Position numbers and translations under genes: made by a program. Below are positions 1 through 8,045 of a DNA stretch of 60,553 nucleotides, piece by piece (positions within the stretch are counted from its first letter, which is position 1; each line of letters begins with the position of its first letter). The stretch spans positions 1-60,553 of the IMG/VR virus record IMGVR_UViG_3300030372_003986; one strand, 5' to 3'. This DNA is from a virus. Lineage: Duplodnaviria > Caudoviricetes. The notes beneath the pieces were generated by a model. That model worked only from the letters and a program-made list of their open reading frames with translations, was not told the DNA's origin and made no database searches.

Positions 1-99
1 AAAAACTAAAGGGTTATATAATTTGTCTTATAAATCTAAAAGAGTAATTACTTCTATTTATAAAAAACTTAATGGAGAAGAAATGCCTACTTCACCATC
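1..99. repeat. 99-bp terminal direct repeat (copy 1; assembly circularisation overlap)
   Basis: Identical to 60455-60553; an ORF reads through the junction. Confidence 0.95.
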
Positions 100-211
100 T
101 CAAAATCCTATGTTCTTAAAAAATGTATCCTATATGGATAAAAGATATAGAGAAGCTATAAAGAATATGAATGAGTTTATAAGACGACAACGACATCTCT
201 CTCCTGAATAA
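1..211 (+). CDS. 3' part of the junction-spanning winged-helix protein
   Basis: Same frame as the ORF starting at 60231 after circularisation. Confidence 0.65.
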   Translation, partial: KTKGLYNLSYKSKRVITSIYKKLNGEEMPTSPSQNPMFLKNVSYMDKRYREAIKNMNEFIRRQRHLSPE

Positions 212-434
212 TCGTAACTTGATTTCCTTTAATAAGTAAAGTATACGATTGACGAGTATCATAATAAATAATATCGTCTTTTTTTAATTGGTCCACTTCT
301 GTTCCAACTAATATTATTTTTCCTTTTTGATAACGGAAATCTTTTACGTCTTCATTAGAAAGTAATAAACCGCTTTTAGTCTTTACTTCCTCTTCTATTT
401 TCTCGATTGCTATGTTTTTTCCTATCGCTTTCAT
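177..434 (-). CDS. groES: Co-chaperonin GroES
   Basis: 85 aa; KTKSGLLL mobile-loop motif, GKIILVG, ERDVVVV; near groEL. Confidence 0.9.
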   Translation of the reverse strand: MKAIGKNIAIEKIEEEVKTKSGLLLSNEDVKDFRYQKGKIILVGTEVDQLKKDDIIYYDTRQSYTLLIKGNQVTIIQERDVVVVL

Positions 435-531
435 TGATTAAATTTCTTACTTCACTTCCTAACTCTTTATCATTAGGAAAGATTTTGGTTAAATATTTGA
501 TTTGTGATACTGTGAGTTCTCTTTTTCTCAT
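376..531 (-). CDS. Small hypothetical protein (51 aa, not in ORF track)
   Basis: MRKRELTVSQIKYLTKIFPNDKELGSEVRNL...; ATG overlaps the stop of 528..767. Confidence 0.4.
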   Translation of the reverse strand: MRKRELTVSQIKYLTKIFPNDKELGSEVRNLINESDRKKHSNRENRRGSKD

Positions 532-767
532 AACATAAAAGTTTTATAAAACAACTCCGCTAATATAAAAAAACAAAAAATTAGTATTCCAATTAATAAA
601 GCATCTTGTAAAACATAGTTTTTCTGCCATTGTTTTCTACTTCTGCCTTGTCTGTATTTATTGTTCTCTTCAATTTCAGCGTCAATGTCTTTTGCAAACT
701 TATTTACTTTTCTAAAATATAAAGGTTGTTTATTTTTTACTTTCTTCCCCATACTATTCTTTATCAT
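528..767 (-). CDS. Small membrane protein
   Basis: C-terminal hydrophobic helix; coupled to groEL. Confidence 0.55.
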   Translation of the reverse strand: MIKNSMGKKVKNKQPLYFRKVNKFAKDIDAEIEENNKYRQGRSRKQWQKNYVLQDALLIGILIFCFFILAELFYKTFML

Positions 768-2361
768 AACTACGAGCCATAGTTACTATAGCATTAGTAG
801 ATAATATTGTTACTGCTACAGATACTGCGTTTTGTAATGCTTGTCTTGTAACTTTTACAGGGTCTATTACTCCCATTGACATTAAGTATCCATATTTCTC
901 ATTCTTTACATCATAGCCATATTGTTGACCTTTTGCATTCTCATATATTATCGAAGCATCTTTACCTGCATTTAATAATATTTGATATAAAGGAGCCTTT
1001 AATGCAGCAGCTAAAATTGCGTAAGCAATTTTTTTAGAAATATTCTTTTCTTCTTTTGCTTTTATCTCATATGCTTTATGATGGTGGTATAAAGTTAATC
1101 CACCACCCGGCAAGATGCCTTCTTCAAGAGCAGACCTTACTGCACATACTGCATCGTCTACTCGGTCATATAATTCTTTTTGCTCAAGGTCAGTATTACC
1201 TCCAACATATACAACACCTATACCTCCGCATAAAGATGCTATTCTTTGATTAATAAAATCTTTTTCAGTTTTGGTCTTAGTATTTTCAAATGCTTCTTGT
1301 AATTCCGACACACGATTTTGAATTTCCTCTCCGGTTTCACCTTCATCTTTAACGATGACCGTTGAGTCACGACTAACTATCACCTTAGCACAATGACCCA
1401 AATCGTTGAAATTAATCAAACTCAAGTCATCGCCTGTTTTCTCGGAATAATAAGTAGCACCTACACTAATAGCTATATCTTGCATTAACTCGTGCTGACG
1501 ATAACCAAAGTCAGGAGGATTTATAGTACATACTTTTAATCCATTCTTCAATACGTTAGCCGCAAGAGTGTTTACAAGATTACCTGAACAAGGTGCTATC
1601 ATTAATAGTTTTTTACCTTCATTAATAATAGGTTTTAAAATATTTTCAATTTGTAAGATGTTGGTAATCTCTGTGTCACATACCAATACATAAGTGTCTT
1701 CAAGGACACACTCATCTCTTTTTTGGTCATTGATAAATAAAGTAGATGCATAACCTCTTTTTATTTTCAAACCTTTAGTAGTTTCATAAAAGGTTTTTGA
1801 AGTTTTACTTTTTTCTACCGTTACTATTCCATCTTCACCAACACTTTCGTGGACATTAGCAATGATGTCTCCAATCTCTTTATCATTGTTAGCTGAAATA
1901 ATGGCTACATCTCTTAACCTTTTATCGTCTAACTTTTTGCCTTTCGCTTTTAATTTATGAGCAATGTCTTTCGTCTCGTCAACTAAATGTCGTAACACTT
2001 CAGTTCGATTGGTTTCCTCACCAATTAATTCTGTACCTGCATCCACTAATGCTTCAGCTAACACAATAGCCGTAGTAGTTCCATCACCGGCTGAAGATGC
2101 AGTTCTGTCTGCCGCTTCTTTCATCATCCTAACCGCAAGGTTTTCTACAGGGTCCATTAAAGAAATAGACTTAGCAACTGTTACACCATCTTTAGTAACT
2201 GTTATTCCGTGTAAGTGTTCAGGAGATTCTATTAAAACTGTATTACCACGTGGACCTAATGTTGACTTAACTGCGTTAGCAATTTTCTTTATACCATTTA
2301 TGAGTTTGTTTCTTCCTTCATTAGAGAAATGAAGTTCTTTTGGACTGAAGCCTTGTTGCAT
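754..2361 (-). CDS. groEL: Chaperonin GroEL
   Basis: TLGPRG, VTKDGVTVA, AGDGTTT, EEGILPGGG, GVIDPVKV motifs; no GGM tail. Confidence 0.98.
   Translation of the reverse strand: MQQGFSPKELHFSNEGRNKLINGIKKIANAVKSTLGPRGNTVLIESPEHLHGITVTKDGVTVAKSISLMDPVENLAVRMMKEAADRTASSAGDGTTTAIVLAEALVDAGTELIGEETNRTEVLRHLVDETKDIAHKLKAKGKKLDDKRLRDVAIISANNDKEIGDIIANVHESVGEDGIVTVEKSKTSKTFYETTKGLKIKRGYASTLFINDQKRDECVLEDTYVLVCDTEITNILQIENILKPIINEGKKLLMIAPCSGNLVNTLAANVLKNGLKVCTINPPDFGYRQHELMQDIAISVGATYYSEKTGDDLSLINFNDLGHCAKVIVSRDSTVIVKDEGETGEEIQNRVSELQEAFENTKTKTEKDFINQRIASLCGGIGVVYVGGNTDLEQKELYDRVDDAVCAVRSALEEGILPGGGLTLYHHHKAYEIKAKEEKNISKKIAYAILAAALKAPLYQILLNAGKDASIIYENAKGQQYGYDVKNEKYGYLMSMGVIDPVKVTRQALQNAVSVAVTILSTNAIVTMARSYDKE
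1694..1709. repeat. 16-bp palindrome, variant copy (GTGTCTTCAAGGACAC) inside groEL
   Basis: One mismatch to the dispersed motif. Confidence 0.7.
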
Positions 2362-2396
2362 ATTATTATTAATTAAATTTGTAATTAGATTTTCAG

Positions 2397-2404
2397 CAAA
2401 GATA
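2397..2404 (-). promoter_or_regulatory. Bacteroidota-type -7 element TATCTTTG upstream of groEL
   Basis: Matches TAnnTTTG, about 36 nt upstream of the ATG. Confidence 0.7.
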
Positions 2405-2434
2405 TGAAATTAATTTAAAACAAATAAGACTTAA

Positions 2435-2602
2435 ATGCTGAGTTTTTTCCTGCTATACTACTACTACTCCCTTTATATAAGAAGTATTATTCTTTATATG
2501 GGAGGCTCTCAACTTAACATTTCAACATTTTTTTTTATAACTAACTGATTATCAATAGATTATTAATTTTAAAGTCAACATAAAGTCAACATTAACTTAA
2601 CA
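2435..2602. repeat. Iteron-like array 1 (AA[GC]T[TC]A[AG]CA units)
   Basis: Units at 2511, 2572, 2583, 2594 (partial at 2520); inverted unit at 2435; central CTGATTATCAAT. Confidence 0.6.
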
Positions 2603-2632
2603 TTTAATATATAAAAAGTAACATTCTCCCAC

Positions 2633-2662
2633 AAAAAAAGAGGAACACATAGGCTCCTCTCT
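2633..2662 (-). terminator. Putative intrinsic terminator
   Basis: On - strand AGAGGAGC-ctatgt-GTTCCTCT followed by a U-tract, downstream of ORF 2698..2901. Confidence 0.6.
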
Positions 2663-2697
2663 TCCATCAAACATCAAACACTATAATTTACGACACA

Positions 2698-2901
2698 CTA
2701 TAGTTTCTTAAACAAATCAATATTTGCATTTGCTAATTCGTTTCCTTCAGCAATCATCCTTACTTTCTCAGCTCTCTTAATTGCCTTTTTCATATTGGCT
2801 AATTTTGTTAGACCCATTTCAGGTGATGCTGCGTGATTAATTAATCTACCGTCTCTTACTAAGTATCCTTCCTCTGAAGGCTTTAAATTCCAATGTGACA
2901 T
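2698..2901 (-). CDS. Hypothetical protein (likely start MSHWNLK at 2901)
   Basis: The track's TTG start at 2928 lies inside a TATCTTTG promoter (2926-2933). Confidence 0.6.
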   Translation of the reverse strand: MSHWNLKPSEEGYLVRDGRLINHAASPEMGLTKLANMKKAIKRAEKVRMIAEGNELANANIDLFKKL

Positions 2902-3140
2902 ATCTCCAAGTTTATTTGTTCTGTACAAAGATACAAAAAATATATTAGATATATGGGGTCTTTGGGTTCCCCCCTATCACCGCAGCCGGACCCCCATTCG
3001 GAAACCGATATTTTTTTTTAGGGGGGGGTGATGTTTTCACCTGTTGGTTCCAATTTTTTTGGCTTTTTTTTCTACCTGTTGTACCCTGTACACATAGGTA
3101 GGTAGGTACTACCCTACTGCCCTCGTTACTACTGCTCTAC

Positions 3141-3191
3141 TTACCCTGTTAACCTTCCCTCGTTACCCTTCCCTCGTTACCCTCTTACCCT
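3141..3191. repeat. TTACCCT / CCTTCCCTCGTTAC tandem repeats; G4 motif on - strand
   Basis: 14-mer twice (3153-3180); CCC runs at 3144, 3157, 3166, 3171, 3180, 3188. Confidence 0.8.
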
Positions 3192-3216
3192 AAAGACAAG
3201 TATACATTAGTGTATA

Positions 3217-3232
3217 GTGTCTTTGAAGACAC
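3217..3232. repeat. 16-bp palindrome GTGTCTTTGAAGACAC (intergenic)
   Basis: Direct match. Confidence 0.9.
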
Positions 3233-3487
3233 AAAGAGATAACTCTCTTAAAGAGATAGAGAGAGATTCTCTTTAACCCCTTGCCGATGCTTTTAACCCT
3301 ATAACAAAACATATGGAACAAACGATTCTTAACTACTTAACTAACAGTAAGTAAAAGAGAATTATACATTCAATGAAAAAAAATTGTAATTCATAGTTGA
3401 TTATTCAATTAATTGTTGTATTATTGTACCAACAATGAACGAAGGATAGTCCTTCAATAAACATAAAACACTAAAAATCAAACAATT

Positions 3488-4219
3488 ATGGAACATTTAA
3501 TGCAAATTGAGGCAGATTTTTTATCATCTGCACAGGTTAGGTCAGAAGTTAATTTTGACACAATTTTTAATCTACAGTCAGCAGTTAGCGATGCGAAGAA
3601 GACGAAGTTCGAGAAATCTTTGAAGTTAGCGAAGTTGGTGTACAAATCGGTACAATGGTTCAACCTTGAATCAACCAAAGAATTATTAGAAGAGAATGGT
3701 ATCGAATGGACAAACACCGAAGTATTTTTTGAAACAGTATTTTGTTGGAAGAAGTCATTCGGATACAAGATGGTGAAGTGCGGTAAACTACAGGAGGAGC
3801 AATCTAATGTGGTAACGAAATTCAAAAGAAAGTGTACTCAAACCGAGAATAGCGGAGAGGATGCAAAGCGAAGTGTTGAAGCATTATTGAAGTTTGCGAA
3901 AGCGGAAGAGAATGGTGAAGAAACACAGGTAGCAAGAGAGAAAACGTATGCGACATTCAGCATATCGAAAGATGGTGTAAATGGTGAAAAAGGATACTCA
4001 ATGAGATTAACTGATAGCGGTATCTCTATCAATGGTGAGATAGCAATCGAAGGTGATGAGTTTAGCAATCACTTATACCACACATTCGAGATTATGAGAA
4101 GGATGATTGAAGTAGCATCAGATGATGAGATTTCTTCTTCTATCGTAGAGGAAGATGAGAGTTTTCAAGATGTAAGATTTGATGAATTACAAGAGGATAG
4201 AACGACAGGAATAGCATAA
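3488..4219 (+). CDS. Hypothetical early protein
   Basis: 243-aa ORF with A-rich leader; first gene of the + arm. Confidence 0.75.
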   Translation: MEHLMQIEADFLSSAQVRSEVNFDTIFNLQSAVSDAKKTKFEKSLKLAKLVYKSVQWFNLESTKELLEENGIEWTNTEVFFETVFCWKKSFGYKMVKCGKLQEEQSNVVTKFKRKCTQTENSGEDAKRSVEALLKFAKAEENGEETQVAREKTYATFSISKDGVNGEKGYSMRLTDSGISINGEIAIEGDEFSNHLYHTFEIMRRMIEVASDDEISSSIVEEDESFQDVRFDELQEDRTTGIA

Positions 4220-4248
4220 ACTAATAATAAACCAATAAAAACCACACA

Positions 4249-5280
4249 ATGAGAAATTTAAGAACAAATAGAGGTGTTACATTCGATAACTTGAATGACA
4301 CAAGTGATAGAGGAAGAGTAGTGTCTTACCACAGTAAACCACATCCTGTTAAAAGAACCAAAGCAACCAAGTTAGAGTTGAATGGGATTAAAAGAGAGGA
4401 TAGAAGAAACATCTTAATAGATGGTGAAGAAGTAGAGTCAAAATTCACTATTGGATTTGAGATTGAGAAAACACAATTGCATAGAGGATGCGTACAGGAA
4501 TACCCTTTATTCTGCGGATTTGAAACTGACTCTTCTTGCGGATATGAAGCAGTTACTCACGTGCTACCATTACTACCTAAGTCAGTATGGAGAACAAAGG
4601 TGTTTAATATGTTTCACGAGGCAACCAAAGTAATAGATGACAATTATTCACCAAGCAATTCAAGGTGCGGTGGTCACATTACTATCGGTGTTGAAGGGAT
4701 GGATGGTTCAGAGTTAATGTCAAGAATCAGAAAGTTCGTTCCCATTCTTTATGCAATATTCAGAAAAAGATTACACAATGGATATTGCTATGGTAACCCA
4801 CAATTAGTAGATGTAGATGAGGAAAGAGGTTTGAACAGTAACGTAGGAAAGTATAGTGTAGCATTGAACAAAGGATTCGGTGTAGAATTTAGATTACCTG
4901 CGAGAGTTACATCGGTTAAGCAAATGATTCGCAGATACGAGTTGTTTTATCACATAGTTGACTTTGCGGTCAATAGACCAAATGCTACTTACAATTCATT
5001 TATTAAAGCAATTAAGCCAATTCTACTATCAATGTATAATCAAGATGAAGAGAAAGTAGTTCAATTAATTGACCTGTCAACACATTTTAGAAAATTCATC
5101 TTTGGCGGAAGAGTAACCTACACAATAGTTGGATGGTTAGAAGGATGGTGGGCTAATAGAAGTAGAGATGGACTTGTTATAAGTCACCACAATCGTCAAT
5201 TGAAGCAGATGATTGCTCAAGATGGATATTCAGAGTGTATGAGGGTTTGGAGAAGTACCAACCAAGAGTTGATAAGTTAA
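4249..5280 (+). CDS. Putative amidoligase (COOH-NH2 ligase type 2, glutamine synthetase-like)
   Basis: TIGFEIE, DSSCGYE, CGGHITIG, VEFR motif order. Confidence 0.75.
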   Translation: MRNLRTNRGVTFDNLNDTSDRGRVVSYHSKPHPVKRTKATKLELNGIKREDRRNILIDGEEVESKFTIGFEIEKTQLHRGCVQEYPLFCGFETDSSCGYEAVTHVLPLLPKSVWRTKVFNMFHEATKVIDDNYSPSNSRCGGHITIGVEGMDGSELMSRIRKFVPILYAIFRKRLHNGYCYGNPQLVDVDEERGLNSNVGKYSVALNKGFGVEFRLPARVTSVKQMIRRYELFYHIVDFAVNRPNATYNSFIKAIKPILLSMYNQDEEKVVQLIDLSTHFRKFIFGGRVTYTIVGWLEGWWANRSRDGLVISHHNRQLKQMIAQDGYSECMRVWRSTNQELIS

Positions 5281-5293
5281 TAATGAGAGGGTA

Positions 5294-5309
5294 GTGTCTT
5301 CAAAGACAC
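5294..5309. repeat. 16-bp palindrome GTGTCTTCAAAGACAC (arms extend to GTAGTGTCTT/AAGACACTAC)
   Basis: Direct match, just upstream of hammerhead 1. Confidence 0.9.
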
Positions 5310-5314
5310 TACTC

Positions 5315-5368
5315 CCTGTCGACAGGTGTGTGCCTGTCCTGATGATGACTCAAAAGAGTCGAAACAGG
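5315..5368 (+). ncRNA. Type III hammerhead ribozyme 1
   Basis: CCUG-UC^ / stem I GACAGG-ugugug-CCUGUC / CUGAUGA / U + stem II GACUC-aaaa-GAGUC / GAAA-CAGG. Confidence 0.85.
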
Positions 5369-5390
5369 AATTAATAATAAAATAATAACA

Positions 5391-5609
5391 ATGAAAACAT
5401 TAAACATTATTCAAAACACAGCATTATCATTAATGACATTATTCGTGTGGTCAGCACTAATCAGAGTGGTAATACACATTCTAAAAACACATAACTTTCA
5501 ATGGATAGATATCTTATACTTAGGGTTTGTGTTTACGTTTATGGGATTCCTCTCTTATATGTTAGGATACATTTTAATCGGGGTATGGAGAGAGTCACTT
5601 AAAAAATAA
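5391..5609 (+). CDS. Small two-TM membrane protein
   Basis: Two hydrophobic segments; directly downstream of hammerhead 1. Confidence 0.65.
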   Translation: MKTLNIIQNTALSLMTLFVWSALIRVVIHILKTHNFQWIDILYLGFVFTFMGFLSYMLGYILIGVWRESLKK

Positions 5610-5692
5610 TCTCTCAAATGGCGGAGAGGGTTTGTGTGGTGCATCCCTCTCCTAACCATTTAATTAATAGCATCACACATAAATTTATAACT

Positions 5693-6046
5693 ATGGAAAA
5701 TCAAACAATCAAATACATCATAGATTTCAAATCGACATATGGAAACTATTCCACATTTGAAAAAGAGTTTACTAACGAAAACCATTTCAATAATTGGTAC
5801 GATTTAATGAGTCGTAAAGGACACAAAATAATTGGTGTGCATTTAACTAACGACCATTTCAAAACTGTACTTTATAACAGGATAGTAGACGAGATAAGTA
5901 AAATGTATTTCAATGGTTCATTCAATCCTGTTGAAGACATATTAGAGGACATAAAAGAAAAGAATCCTAACAATTTATATGTGAAGTGGGATGAAGTACA
6001 AAGTGAAGTTAGCAATCAAATTCAAACATTATTAAAAACTAAATAA
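5693..6046 (+). CDS. Hypothetical protein (likely start MENQT at 5693)
   Basis: A-rich leader before 5693; the upstream extension is a hairpin. Confidence 0.6.
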   Translation: MENQTIKYIIDFKSTYGNYSTFEKEFTNENHFNNWYDLMSRKGHKIIGVHLTNDHFKTVLYNRIVDEISKMYFNGSFNPVEDILEDIKEKNPNNLYVKWDEVQSEVSNQIQTLLKTK

Positions 6047-6047
6047 A

Positions 6048-6212
6048 ATGGAAAAGCAATATTACTTTCACGTTAGATATGCAGGGAAATTAATTGAAGT
6101 CGTAGCGGCTCACACTAAATGGGAGGCGATAGATAGAATCTACAATAAAAACATTGGAAGATTCGATTGGATTCTTCGAGAAAAATTTACTGCGGTCAGA
6201 AAAAAAAGATAA
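6048..6212 (+). CDS. Small hypothetical protein (54 aa, not in ORF track)
   Basis: MEKQYYFHVRYAGKLIEVVAAHTKWEAIDR..., 1 nt after the previous stop. Confidence 0.55.
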   Translation: MEKQYYFHVRYAGKLIEVVAAHTKWEAIDRIYNKNIGRFDWILREKFTAVRKKR

Positions 6213-6219
6213 AAAAAGA

Positions 6220-6251
6220 TTTGGATATGTCGAATTATTGTCGTATATTTG
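6220..6251 (+). promoter_or_regulatory. Bacteroidota-type promoter (TTTG...TATATTTG)
   Basis: -33/-7-like elements upstream of the GATase gene. Confidence 0.65.
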
Positions 6252-6276
6252 TCTAAATCAAACATTAACTAGGCGA

Positions 6277-6292
6277 GTGTCTTCAAAGACAC
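6277..6292. repeat. 16-bp palindrome between promoter and GATase start
   Basis: GTGTCTTCAAAGACAC in an operator-like position. Confidence 0.9.
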
Positions 6293-6313
6293 AAACCACA
6301 AACATCAAACATT

Positions 6314-7408
6314 ATGTGTGTAATTATTATTAAACAAAAAAATCAAATGATGCCACGAGAGGTGGCAAAAAATTCAGCACGAATCAATCCTCACGGATTA
6401 GGTGTTGTTTGGCTAGATACGTTTGAAGTAACGTATCACAAATCAAGTGAGTATAAAGTTATCATAACTGATAGACCATTCATTGCTCACTTTAGATATG
6501 CTACCATTGGTAAGGTCTGCAAAGAAAATACTCATCCATTTATATGTGGTGAGAACAAAGATGAGTTACTAATGATGAATGGAACAATCAAAGGGTATGG
6601 TAATAAGAATATGACCGATACCGAAGATTTAGCAATTCAACTTGGTAATACCAAAAGGAATTCTTGGAAGAAACAACTTGCGAAATTCGATGCAAGATTC
6701 GTTTCGGTTAATACCAAATTCAAAAACTTTCAAATCTACAATAGACATCTTTATACTTATAAGGATGGTATATGGTATTCAAAAACCAACGTCTTACAGG
6801 ACAACTTAATAGCAGTATATGGAACATTGAAAAAAGGATATGGTAACTACTATGGATATCTTTCTAACTCACAATATATAGGTGGTGGTAAGACCAAAGA
6901 CAAATACCCTTTAATCGTTAATGGCTTACCATATGTATTGGATGCGAAAGGTAAAGGTAAGAACGTGGTGGTAGATGTATTCAAAGTGTCGGATGCTCAA
7001 TTAAAGCGAATTGACAGTTTAGAATCTCATCCCCAATGGTATGTGAGAAAACAAATACCAATCAGCGTGAATGGTAAAACATTAACCTGTTGGTTGTATT
7101 TCAATAAAGAGGCAGAATTGTATTGGGATGGAACTAATCATAAAGAATCCTATGAGCAAGGATTTAGGTTTAGAACTCCAATCATTGAGGCAACAAAAGT
7201 AGAAGAGGTATTAGATACTCCATACGAATGTACTCAATACGATTTATTTGAGGATGATTTGGAACAGGAATTTAAGCCACAGGCGGAATCGCCTTTGTGT
7301 AAAGATACAAATTGTAATGAAGATTTAGTGTTTGATGGGTTTAACAACTTTTATTGTAGTGGGTGTGATACTTGGTATAGTGAGGAAGAGGTAATGAGTG
7401 TTAGTTAA
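6314..7408 (+). CDS. Class II glutamine amidotransferase fused to gamma-glutamylcyclotransferase (AIG2-like) and C-terminal Cys cluster
   Basis: N-terminal MC, NPHG, HFRYAT, ENTHPF, NG; then VYGTLKKG...IDSLE; C-terminal CxxxxC...CxxC. Confidence 0.85.
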   Translation: MCVIIIKQKNQMMPREVAKNSARINPHGLGVVWLDTFEVTYHKSSEYKVIITDRPFIAHFRYATIGKVCKENTHPFICGENKDELLMMNGTIKGYGNKNMTDTEDLAIQLGNTKRNSWKKQLAKFDARFVSVNTKFKNFQIYNRHLYTYKDGIWYSKTNVLQDNLIAVYGTLKKGYGNYYGYLSNSQYIGGGKTKDKYPLIVNGLPYVLDAKGKGKNVVVDVFKVSDAQLKRIDSLESHPQWYVRKQIPISVNGKTLTCWLYFNKEAELYWDGTNHKESYEQGFRFRTPIIEATKVEEVLDTPYECTQYDLFEDDLEQEFKPQAESPLCKDTNCNEDLVFDGFNNFYCSGCDTWYSEEEVMSVS

Positions 7409-7423
7409 ACGGCAGAAAAGAGA

Positions 7424-7439
7424 GTGTCTTCAAAGACAC
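7424..7439. repeat. 16-bp palindrome immediately upstream of hammerhead 2
   Basis: GTGTCTTCAAAGACAC. Confidence 0.9.
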
Positions 7440-7440
7440 T

Positions 7441-7495
7441 TTCCTGTCTATGAGTGGGTACTCATACTGATGAAGCCAAAAGGCAGAAACAGGAA
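7441..7495 (+). ncRNA. Type III hammerhead ribozyme 2
   Basis: UUCCUG-UC^ / stem I UAUGAGU-gggu-ACUCAUA / CUGAUGA / A-GCC-aaaa-GGC-A / GAAA-CAGGAA. Confidence 0.8.
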
Positions 7496-7516
7496 TTAAT
7501 AATAAAATTAAATAAA

Positions 7517-7738
7517 ATGGAAGAACAAACTAAATTTCAAAGATTAGCAGAATATCGAGTAAACAAAGCATTGAGAAATCTGCAAACAATAACTGACTTG
7601 TCGAGTCACACCACTTATACTAAGCAAGAGGCAGATAAAATCATTAATGCTTTACAGGATAAAATAGTAAAGATGAAGGATGAGTTTAAGTTAGGACTAA
7701 AACGAATTGAAAGAGGTGATAAACCATTTACTTTTTAA
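7517..7738 (+). CDS. Hypothetical protein (likely start MEEQT at 7517)
   Basis: KFQRLAEYRVNKAL helix; the track's upstream extension is the ribozyme. Confidence 0.65.
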   Translation: MEEQTKFQRLAEYRVNKALRNLQTITDLSSHTTYTKQEADKIINALQDKIVKMKDEFKLGLKRIERGDKPFTF

Positions 7739-7768
7739 TTACTAACCCAAATAATAAAATTAAATAAA

Positions 7769-8023
7769 ATGAAAAATTATAGTAAAAAAGAAATAGAAAA
7801 ATATTGGACTGACTTAATATCAAAACATTTAGTTGGTAAAAAAATAACAAAAGTAGAATACATTGGAGATGATGAAATGGATAAAAATATGTGGCATAAA
7901 CGACCAATAGCAATTTGTTTAGACAATAAACATTGGCTAGTACCTATGATGGATGATGAGGGAAATGATGGGGGAGCAATATCAACCACAATTTCAGAAC
8001 TACAAACAATACCTGTAATATAA
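7769..8023 (+). CDS. Hypothetical phage protein
   Basis: LVGKKITKVEY...DDEGNDGGA; A-rich leader. Confidence 0.7.
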   Translation: MKNYSKKEIEKYWTDLISKHLVGKKITKVEYIGDDEMDKNMWHKRPIAICLDNKHWLVPMMDDEGNDGGAISTTISELQTIPVI

Positions 8024-8045
8024 TTATTAACTAAAATTAAATAAA

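Noticed and set aside
1-99. Terminal repeat as the biological DTR
   Set aside because: Exactly 99 bp and in the middle of a gene; typical assembler k-mer overlap.
7454-7516. N-terminal extension of ORF 7454..7738
   Set aside because: It overlaps hammerhead 2; the ATG at 7517 has the typical A-rich leader.
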